A stretch of 64,000 nucleotides of DNA from Geosiphon pyriformis uo1 (taxonomy: Eukaryota > Fungi > Glomeromycota). The notes below the pieces were generated by a model. The model did no database searches, had not been told where the DNA came from, and saw nothing but the letters and a program-made list of their open reading frames with translations. The stretch lies in the NCBI GenBank assembly GCA_016748015.1, contig JAAOMT010000445.1, forward strand, positions 372,001 to 436,000. The letters are read 5' to 3'. The translations under genes were made by a program, and so were the position numbers. This document shows positions 1-10,555 of this stretch, piece after piece. How positions within the stretch are numbered: position 1 is the first letter of the stretch; every line of letters begins with the position of its first letter.

Positions 1-3000
1 AAATCAATATTGAAATCCCAATTACCGGTTCTCAACTCCAAATCATTATTCGAATCAAAATCAATATCAATTTATTTACCTACCAATAATGCTACCACTA
101 ATCTATCAAACACCAATATATCAACCTCAAATATATCAACTGCAACCACCCATAATATATCAACCACAGCCACAAATAGTCTATTAACCACAACAATCAA
201 TTCAAACACTGCCACAAAACCCAGCTACAATAACATCTGGAAACCCCAGATTCAGAGTAACCCAAAACTGGAGATCGGCGATGGTGGTTTACCAACTGAT
301 CCTCAGTTCAACAAATCAACTATCAAGATCATGCCAGCAGAGTTCAAGAACTGGGTATAACCAAAACCTGAGTTCTCAGAACTACTTAAGTCTTCTGGTT
401 ACCCTAGAAGATGTGGCATCCAGCAAACAGAAAACCAATCAGAAGCCACTTATCTGCAACATTTCACCAGCTGCCAGCACCAAAGACAAATCACTTGCTG
501 CCATATTCCCATTTAAACTTGAGGAAATTATGTCAGTTCTATTGTTCAGTAGAGCTATTCTAGACACCAAACCAATAACCACAATGTATACTGATGTCAA
601 AGTTGATGGTTAGTATATTAAACTGATCCTAGATAGTAGATCAACTGGCAGCATTATCACCAAACAACTCATGGATCAATTAAGTTGCCGAGTTGACAGA
701 GCTGCCAGCGCAAAAATTATCACAGCTGATGGAGCAACCAAAACTTCTATTGGTGAGATTGATGACTTTTCTTTTGAAGTCAATGGCATTATAGTCCTTA
801 TCAAAGTTTTGATAATGGAAGCTACTCAATACCAAGCACTAATTGGTAATAACTGGCTCACTAAGACAAACACCATCTTTGATTGGACAATGCAAGAGCT
901 CTAACTCAGCCAAAATAGCTAACATACATGTGTACCAGCCATGTGTGGCCACTTCAAGACTATCAACACACCAGCACCACTCATCAAGTTTGAGGAAGAA
1001 GAGGAAAAACCTACCTGGGAAGCCTATCAAGTCTTGTGAACTAACAACTACCACCAATACTCTCCTGAGATGACAACAATAATAAAAAAAGAAAACAAAG
1101 AGAAGAACATACCTGGAGAACCACCATCAATGCTTGGACTGACAACAACCAAAGTGAGTTGCTACCAACAATAAGCTGGGAGGAAAAAAGGAAAGGGAAA
1201 GAAAAAGAAAAAAATGTACCTGGAGAAATCAAACCAACAGAAGACACAACCAAAGGATGGACAAGTTCATACTCCATTTGCCAGCTGCTACCACAGCCAC
1301 CATTTATTCCACTTAAATGCAAAGACTGTGGAAAAAAACTCTTGTCCATAAGAGCATAGATTGCACCAAATGAAGACCACTGGATGTGAACACATTATTA
1401 TTGCAAACCATGCCATCACAAATGCTACGGATATCCAAAGTGCCAAGGCAAGTGGAACAATGAACCATGTCTTGCTTGTGGTAAACAGCTATTCGACAAG
1501 GAGATATGGAATGACATTTCTGATCAAAGAAGAACATGCGACACTTCATACCAGTACACAATTCTTATTAGTAATTGAGTAAGTCGTGGCATGCCTATAA
1601 CAGCAGCTTGGCATAGAGTGATTAACCGATTGGATGACTACTTACATAATGAGAATGAGATCTGGTGAATGGCAAATGCCAAAGTCCAAGGAGCCACACC
1701 CAATAAAATTCTGGAAATTAAAAACAACCCACCTGAACAGATTGACATCATCTTTGTTCCAAATCTAGATGCTTTTCTCAACATAAAAACTAATCCAGAA
1801 GACTTCTATAAGCATTACCAAAACTTGGCACCTACAAGAAAAGAGCAGGAGCAGTAGCTAGCATAGTTAAATACTTGACTATGTGACTACTGTTTGATCC
1901 CATGTGACTTTCAATATTGTAATGAGTGTAACCTCATTTACAATCCACCAATCCGCATGATCTACATAATTCCAGAAAAAGAAAAACCAATCAGCAGCTG
2001 CACATCAGAATTGGAATCAATTTTCAATCCCGATTTAAACTCTAACAACGACAATGACAAAAACACCAGTTCCAGCTCTATTCAATATAGCAATGAAGAT
2101 AACAGCAATTTGGACTCAGATCCAAACTCCAAAACATTTATAGCACTTTTTGACCTTACCAAGGAGCAAGAACTAAAGTGGTTCAGTGACAATAATGAAG
2201 GTATTATGCCAGAGTATGCACATGATACTAATACAGGGTTTGATCTAAGATATCCTAGAAAAAATGCCATCAAATTGGAACCATATTTGCATACTTGCAT
2301 TGATCTGAAAATAGCACTGGAAATTCTAGCAACCACAATGGTTTAACTAGCATCTAGAAGTAGTCTAACAAAAAGAGAAATTAACATTAGAGGAGGAATA
2401 ATTAATGCAAGATATATGGGAAATATCATTGTTATGCTACAAAACAATTCAGAAAAGACTTATGTAATAGAGCCAAATGAAAAGATAGCACAGGCAATAT
2501 TCCTGCCTCTGGTTAAAATAGTTCAGTTAGTGTCAGTGGGAAACAGGGAAGAATTAGGGATCACAGCTAAAGGGATACAGAGATTTGGATCAATGGGTAG
2601 AGTAGATATACCAGTTAATATGGTGGAAAAAAAGATTATTGACAAGGAAGAAATTATCTCCACTGGTCAACCAATTTTCATTCTACCATATGATCAGTAT
2701 ATGGTAGTCATAGAAAGGAAAGTAAAAAATCAAAACCAGATTTTTGAAACAGAAGCAGCACATTGTGAATCAGGAGAAATTGGACTCATTAATCTTCACA
2801 TATCAGCCAGGAACTATAGCTACATCAAAATTCTCATTTACAACAACACTGGAAAAGTTATAGAAATACCAGAAGGAACTATCATAGAACATTTAACTAC
2901 TGAAATAGAAGACCAACCACCAAACCCCATTTCAGACTTTCCACAGCTTTGTGAATATGTTGACATCACATTACAAATGATATATAGACAAAATGAATGT

Positions 3001-4431
3001 TATTTGTTTCAACCAGAACAATTAAAACAAATGAACATGGGGAATCTAAACCCATTCCAATGCATGCAGCTAAAGATGTTGCTCAACAAGTTTAATGACA
3101 TCTTCGCCAGCAAGAATGAATTCAGCAAAACTGACATCATCCAGCATCAGATCAAAACTGAAGATGCTATGCCAATAAAACAATGAGCATACAGAGTACT
3201 ACCCACCAGCCATGAGATTATTCATCAAGAAATCAACCAGATGCTTGACAACAAACTAATTCAGTCATCAATGAGCCTATGGTCATCATCAATAGTACTC
3301 ATCCAGAAAAAGAATGAGAAAATCCACTTTTATATAGACTACAGAAAGCTTAATGAAGTCATGCATGAAGACAGCTATCCAACTCCATAGATTCAAGAAT
3401 TATTTGATGCTTTTGGAGGAAACAAATGGTTCTCAACATTGGATTTAGATAGTGGTTACTGGCAAGTAGCCATGGATCTAGTGGACAAAAAAAAAACCAC
3501 ATTTACAACACAGGAGGGAAATTTTAAATTCGAAGTGATGCCATTCAGCTTAACAAATGCTCCAGCCACATTTCAGTGGCTAATGGAAATAGTATATACT
3601 GGCTTATTGTGGAAATCAGTAGTCGTTTATTTAGATGACACCAATGTGTTTTTCAAAACATTTGATAATCATTTGCATCATCTATAATAAGTGTTTGAAA
3701 GACTATGACAAGCAGGGCTAAAGTTAAATGCCAATAAGTGCTTCTTTGGCAAAACAGAATTAAACTTTTTAGGGCACATAGTAAGCAAAGACAGCATCAA
3801 AACGGATCCAGAAAAGATAGAGATAGTCAAGAACTTTCCAGTACCAACCAATGTGACAGAGTTAAAGTTATTTTTGGGATTCACAGGCTATTATTAACGC
3901 TTTATCAAAAACTTTTCCAAGATAGCCCAACCACTCAATCATCTCCAAACCAAGAATGTGAAATATGAATGGACAAAAACACAACAAGAAGCTTTTGATA
4001 TTCTAAAAAGAAAGCTTATACAAGCTCCAGTACTGATCTATCCAGATCACAATAAACTATTTATCATTACCACCGATGCATCAGGCCAAGCATTGGGAGC
4101 AATAATATTACAGAGAAAACTGGATGAAAGAAAACATCCAGTTGCATATGCCAGCTGAGGTTTAACTTCAGCTGAAAAAAATTATAGAACACCAAAATTA
4201 GAACATTTAGCAATTTATTGAGCAGTCATGAAATGGAGTAAATACTTGAGCCAGAAGTTTGATGTATACATAGACTACAAAAGATTAACAGCACTTCATA
4301 AACAGGAATTTGGAGATGGAAAACAATCAAGATGGAAAATGGCACTATCACCATATACTTACACTATACATTATAAAAAGAGAAAAGACAATAGAAATAC
4401 TGATGGTTTATCACGAATGAGACAAATCTAA
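1..4431 (+). pseudogene. gag-pol (Gag C-term, aspartic protease ~580-960, Cys-rich block, dUTPase, RT ~3100-3800, RNase H ~4050-4431) of element A, many premature stops
   Basis: ORF fragments at 281, 671, 1894, 2416, 3439, 3958 and 4228 join into one polyprotein. Motifs: LDLDSGYWQV, FEVMPFSLTNAPATFQ, VYLDD, TTDASG, NTDGLSR. Stops are mostly TAA/TAG/TGA replacing Q, R or W codons. Confidence 0.93.
2179..2600 (+). pseudogene. dut: dUTPase domain within Pol of element A
   Basis: All five trimeric dUTPase motifs: TGFDL, ASRSSL, GGII(N)ARYMGNI, EKIAQAIF, TAKGIQRFGSMG. Confidence 0.9.
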
Positions 4432-4492
4432 AAACATCTCAACCCAAAAATATAACAAAACCAGAACAAACCCAATGAAAATATAACAAAAG

Positions 4493-5875
4493 ATGAACAT
4501 ACAAAAATATCAACAACTACAACATTATATAAAGACCCAATTGTTTAAGGAAAAATTATCTCAAAAGAAACAAAACAACATAAAACAACAATCAAAATAT
4601 TTTATCAATCATCAAAATATACTTTACTGGAAGAACAAAAGAAATCCAGATTAACTGACCAAGGTAATTACAGAACCAGAGAAAGAGACAATACTATTCA
4701 ACATATACTCAGATCTAACAGCAGGACATTTTCATAAAGAAGTGACCATAGAAAGAACCAGAAGAGGATATTATTGGCCATTAATGTATCCAGATATTAT
4801 CCAATATGTTCAAAATTGTGATGCTTGTCAAAGAAAAAGAGGAACAAGACCCAGTGAATCATTAAAACCAATCAAAATGGGACAATCATTTGATCACATT
4901 GGAATTGACTTAGTCAGACCACTAACAATCACCAGCGGAGACAACAGATATATCACAGTAGTCATGGACTATCTCACAAAATGGCCAGAAGCAAAAGCCA
5001 TTCAAAGAGCAGATACAGAATCTGTTGCCGAATTTGTTTATCAAGATTTGATTTGTTGACATAAATATCCAAAAGAACTATTATCAGATCAGGGAACTCA
5101 CTTTGTGAACAGAACATTAGCAGAATTAAGCCAAAGATTTGGAATAAAAAGACCATTATTATCACCATACTATTCACAAACGAATGGCTTAGTGAAAAGA
5201 TTTAATAAAACACTGTGTGAAGCAATTGCCAAAATCAGCCAAAAAAATCAAGACAAATAAGATTTGTTTATACCATTAGTATTATTTGCTTATCAGACAA
5301 TGAAGCAAGATACCACACAAGCAACACCATTTGAATTGGTATATGGTAGAACAGCAACATTACCAGTTGAGATAGAGATCAATACATATCCAGCTGAACC
5401 AATAACAGAAGATAATTTTCAAGAAACATTGTTGAAAAGAACATATAACTTAATAGAAATACTAGAAAACAGATGACAGAAAGCAGCTGATAATATCCAA
5501 AAGGCACAAGAAAAGCAAAAATAACAACACAATAACCAACTACTAGATAAACCAGTGGAATTCAAGATTGGAGACAAAGTACTATTACATCATACCAAAG
5601 TGGAAAAACAATGGAATGGAAAATTTGATCCCTAATGGGATGGACCATTTCACATAGAAAAAATTCTAAGAAATAAAGCTTATAAATTAAAATGAAACAA
5701 CAAAATCTTAGCCAAAGCAGTACATGGTGATTGACTAAAACCATATTACCAGATAGCATCATTATCCACCAATACCATTCCACAGTTGAGAGTACAAAGA
5801 ATAATAGTTCAACCAGATGAGATTCCATGAGATCTGGAACCAATCATAGTTATTGAACCAAACACATCAAATTGA
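4493..5875 (+). pseudogene. Stand-alone integrase ORF of element A (HHCC, DDE core, GPF motif; no chromodomain seen)
   Basis: ATG 4493 (MNIQKYQQL) is in frame with AGHFH..YYWP..CDACQ, GIDLV, DYLTKWPEA, SDQGTHF, QTNGLVKRFN and WDGPF; 460 codons to TGA at 5873-5875. Confidence 0.9.
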
Positions 5876-5930
5876 ACAACCAAAAGAGGATATAAAAACA
5901 CAGTACATGCAATAAAAGCAACCAAGAAAA

Positions 5931-6566
5931 ATGAAAATACCAGATCACATTCACATCATAGCTCAATAATTGTCTCAGGCACTAAGTCAACAACAGTTAA
6001 ACATGGAAATTGTCATCAACAACCAAACAATTTGCTATCAAAACACAAAAAAAAAGACAAAGAATACACCATATTAGTGGCCACCAAAGAATAATAAAAA
6101 CTGAACAGATAACTTAATAGAAAAAGTGAAGAACACTTTTGGGAAAATACCTATTATAGCACTAACAGAAGAGTTTATAAAAAAAAATTGGAAGCAATGG
6201 ACAGAACGACTTCCAATATCATATTGCTACTACCAGTTAGGTCAAAAGTTGAATATTCAAGAGTTGTATATTGACAAATCCAAGAGAATATTCAACCAAA
6301 ACATGATACAACAAATTGAAGAATTTATCGGAAAGAAAACTAATTCAACATTACATGTTAAAACAATGTACTGACTACACAACATATTTCAGAACTATTC
6401 AGAAATACTGTTACACTCTGACATGGAAACCATAACCATTAACCAATGAGGAAGAATAAACAATACACAAGTAGAAGATGTGAAAAACAGAATCGAACAA
6501 ACAATACTTGAAAAAAAAGTATTAGAATTAATTCAAAACAAAGATTTTGATGGAGCTTAATATTAA
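5931..6566 (+). pseudogene. Accessory ORF (211 codons) between integrase and PPT of element A, unknown function
   Basis: MKIPDHIHIIAQ...YCYYQLGQKL...DFDGA(Q)Y*; homologous ORFs lie in the same position in B, C, D and E. Confidence 0.8.
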
Positions 6567-6578
6567 AAGGAGGAGATA
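6564..6578 (+). other. Polypurine tract of element A
   Basis: TAAAAGGAGGAGATA immediately before the LTR start at 6580. Confidence 0.8.
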
Positions 6579-6579
6579 A

Positions 6580-7382
6580 TATTACTCATAAAAAGAAAAC
6601 AGATATAGAAAATAGCAGACCAATGAGAAAATAGTATTTAGCATGTAAGCACATTGCTTAGCAATGTGGAGCAATGTCAAAAATCATGGCACATTGCTCA
6701 GCAATGTAGAGCAATGTCAGAAAACACAGCATATTGCTCAAGAAATCATAGCACATCACTTGGAAATGTGAGCAATTTTATAGAACATCAATTATGTATA
6801 TATAGTGATAGTATTAAAAGTAAAAAAAGCAGAATCTTTTAGTTAGAAATCTCTCATTTACAAATATTGAAAAATAAATTATTTACCATCCAAATCCACT
6901 CTTCACTATCAACACTCCATGTTGATAGCAATTGATACTTAACTATACTGGAACAATAGCTCTTGATTATGGCTATTGACAGATACTAACTTGCACATTG
7001 TCTTGGCTTATTTCTTTATGTTATTTCTTTATTTTCTTGTCTTAATTGTTGTTATTACTAACTCTATTGAGGATTAACACATGGGGTACTGACATTAAGA
7101 TATAGTACTGGTAAAAGACCTAGAAATAAAAATAGAACACTTGATTGAGGTTAGCTTATCAGAAGAAACACTGGCCATCATGCTGAGAAAAAAATTGACA
7201 AAACTGCAGTTTCGGAAAGCTACGGATAAAACTATTACCACTGAATCTCTGTCCATTATACAAAGAATTCAACCAAAACCTTCAGATAAACACACCTTCA
7301 GATTTCCATTATTGACACTAGCTTTAAGCACCAAATTATGGGTTTGTTATTTACTTTAACAACCAAATAATCATTTGTAACA
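6580..7382 (+). repeat. 3' LTR of element A
   Basis: Ends T(A)TTAC...GTAACA; U3 tandem repeats 6648-6780; TATA-like TATATATAG ~6797; aligns with B LTR 13343-14206. Confidence 0.92.
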
Positions 7383-10300
7383 ACATGGACCGACAATGAT
7401 GACAATGAACCAACATCAAATTGGGAGTGGGAAGAAGATAAAGGAAGAGACAAAGGGAAAGAGAAAAAAAAAGACACCATTCAAGCCAATAACACTTATA
7501 TTCCAGCCACCTACACTTCATCACAACAGTCTATCTATTGCCGATCCAAACTAATATGCATCAATTGTGGCAAGAAATTGTCATTAATAGATGCTTGTTG
7601 TAGCAAAAATGAAGAATACACTTCGGCAACAAAATTCTACTGCTGCCTATGTGTTAGTGAACGCTTTGGAAGGCCAAAATGGGTTGAAAAATGAGACAAT
7701 AAACCATGCTTGGCTTGTGAAGAAACTTTTCTAGACAAAAAAATGTGGAACAACATTCCTGAGTGAAGAGGAATGTGTGACAAGTCATGTCAATACACAA
7801 TTTTCATAAGTGACTGGGTAAGAAAAAAAATGCCCATAGACACTGCCTGAAGATAAGTCATTAAACGTCTGGACGGGTGCCCACATGATGATGATGAAAT
7901 CTGGCAAATAGCACTCGCCAAAATCAAAGGAGTGATTCTAGAAGAAATAAAAATGATTAAAAATAACCCACTTAAACCTATAGAACTTAACTGAGACCCA
8001 AAACCAGTCATAAATTTCTTAGATCCAGAACAATTCCATGAACATTACCAAGAGCTAGTATCTATCAGGGAAGAACAAGAGCAGTATTTGGAGCAATTGA
8101 ATACTTAGTTATGTCAACATTGCTTAATTCTTTGTGACTTTCAATATTGTAATAAGTGTGACCTCATTTACAATCCACTACTATGCATAATCTACATGAT
8201 TCCAGAAGAAAAACCAATCAGTAGCTGCACATCAGAATCGAAATCAGTTTTCAATTCCAATTCAAACTCCAACAATGATGACAATAAAAACACCAGTTCT
8301 AGCTTCACGCAATATGACAACAAAAATATCAATGATTTGGACTCCAATTCAAATCCCAAAATATACATTGCACTTCCTGATCTCTCTAAGGAGCAAAAAC
8401 TCAAATGGTATAGTGATAATAATAAAGATATCATGCCAGAATGCACATATGATACCAATACAGAGTTTGATTTGAGATATTCCAGGAAAAATTCTATCAA
8501 ATTGAAACCACATTTGCATATATGTATTGATCTTAAAATAGCTCTGGAAATTCCAGCAACAATTATGATCTAATTAGGATCTAAAAGTAGTTTGGTGAAA
8601 AAGAGAATCAACATCAGAGGAGGAATAATTGATGCAGAATATGTAAGAAATATCATTGCCATGCTACAAAATAACTCAGAAAAGATCTATATTATAGAGC
8701 CAAATAAAAAAATAGCACAAACAATATTCTTACTTCTGGTGAAAATAGCTCAGTTAGTTTCAGTGGAAAAGAGAGAAAAATTAGGTATAACAGCAAGAGG
8801 GATACAGAGATTTGGATCAACGGATAGAATAAATATACCAGTCAATATGGCAGAGGAAAAAATTGTTGACAAAGAAAAAATTATTTCAACCCGTCAATTA
8901 ATTTCCATTCTATCATATGACCAGTATATGTTAACCATAAAAAGAGAAGTAAAAGATCAAGCTCAGTTGTTTGAAGCAGAAGCCACTATTTGTGAATTAG
9001 GAGAGATTGGACTCACTAATCTCTACATATCAGCCAAAAGCCCCAAAAACATCAAAATACCCATCTATAACACAACTGAAAAGGTTATCAAAATACCAAA
9101 GAGAACTATCATTGGATATTTAACCAAACTACGTTTCAGATTTTCCACAACTTTGCAAATATGTGGACATTACATCACAAACCATTTACGAATAAAACAA
9201 ATATTATCTGTTCCAACCAGAACAATTGGAACAGATGAACATAGAGAATCTAGACTCACTTCAACAGATATAACTAAAGATGTTACTCAACAATTTCAAT
9301 GACATCTTTGCAAGTGAAAATGAATTTGGCTGCACCAACATTATCCAGCATTAGATCAAAACTGGAGATGAAATGCCAATTAAACAAAAAGCATATAGAG
9401 TACCACCAGCTAGCCATAAAATCATTCATCAAGAAATTAACCAAATGCTTGACAATGGGCTAATTCAGTCATCAATGAGCCCATGGTCATCACCAGTGAT
9501 ACTAGTCTAGAAAAAGAATGGAAAGATTCATTTCTGTATGAATTATCAAAAACTGAATGGAGTAATTAAAGATGATAGTTATCTAACTCCAAAGATCCAA
9601 GAACTATTTGACACTTTTGGTGGAAATAAATAGTTCTCAACATTAGATCTAGATAGTAGATACTGGCAAGTAGCCATGGATCCAGCCGACAAAAAAAAAC
9701 AGCATTTATTACAAGAAAAGGAAATTTTGAATTTGAAGTCATGCTATTTGGCTTGATGAATGCTTCAGCAACATTCCAATGGTTTATGAAAATTGTCTAT
9801 ACTGGACTACTATGGAAATCAGTAGTTATATACTTGGATAACACCAATGTGTTTTCAAAAACATTTGATGATTATCTGTACCATCTCCAAGAAGTGTTCG
9901 AAAGATTAAAAAGAGCTGGATTGAAACTAAATACAACCAAATGTTTCTTTGGAAAAACTGAACTCAAGTTTTTGGGATATGTAATAAGCAAAGATGGAAT
10001 CAAAACAGATCCAGACAAGATCAAAGTAGTTAAAAACTTTCCAGTACCAACCAATTTAACAGAACTAAGAGCATTTTTGGAATTTGCAGGCTACTATTGT
10101 TGCTTTATCAAGGACTTTTCTAAACTAACTCAGCCACTTCACCATCTACAAACCAAAAATATAAAGTATGAATGGGCTGAAGCTCAACAAAAAGTTTTTG
10201 ACATATTGAGAAGAAAGCTTATCCAAGCTCCAGTATTGATGTATCCAGATTACAACAGACTATTCATCATTACTACTGATGCATTAGATCAAGTATTGGG

Positions 10301-10525
10301 AGCAATACTCTCACAGAAAAAACCCAATGGAAGGAGTACTTGAGTCAAAAGTTTGAAGTATACACTGATCACAAAGAATTGACTTCAATCCAGAAACAAG
10401 AATTTACAGATAATTACTATGTCAGATGGAAAATAGAACTTTTACCATTCACTTATACAATACATTATAAAAAGGAAAAAGACAATAGAAATGCTGATGG
10501 ATTGTCACAAATAAGACAAATCTAA
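7383..10525 (+). pseudogene. pol remnant of element B (Cys block, dUTPase, RT, RNase H with ~110-bp deletion)
   Basis: ORF fragments 8196, 8592, 9741 and 10340; ends NADGLSQIRQI*. Confidence 0.9.
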
Positions 10526-10555
10526 AAACATTTCAACCCAAAAATATAACAAAAA

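Larger units (their letters stand above)
1..7382 (+). mobile_element. Ty3/Gypsy LTR retrotransposon A (dUTPase-bearing), 5' part outside window; inserted into element B
   Basis: Domain order: gag C-term, protease (ILDSRS from DSGS), Cys-rich block, dUTPase, RT (VYLDD), RNase H (TTDASG), integrase, extra ORF, PPT, 3' LTR. The LTR end TGTAACA at 7382 abuts internal pol sequence of B. Confidence 0.95.

Noticed and set aside
10-360. 116-aa Thr/Asn/Ser-rich ORF as a separate gene
   Set aside because: Shifted frame of the Gln/Pro-rich Gag linker. The true frame (continuous with ORF 281) is broken because CAA/CGA mutate to stops. The same applies to 29205-29672.
5931-6566. Accessory ORF as env
   Set aside because: No signal peptide, transmembrane segment or cleavage motif, and too short.
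6648-6780. Palindromic repeats resembling a CRISPR array (also 13412-13585, 48650-48775, 46180-46298)
   Set aside because: Units are tandem with no unique spacers, lie in LTR U3, have no cas genes nearby, and the context is eukaryotic.
7141-7359. 72-aa ORF in U5 of the A LTR
   Set aside because: Its N-terminal part is replaced in the B LTR and frameshifted in both E LTRs; no recognisable domain.
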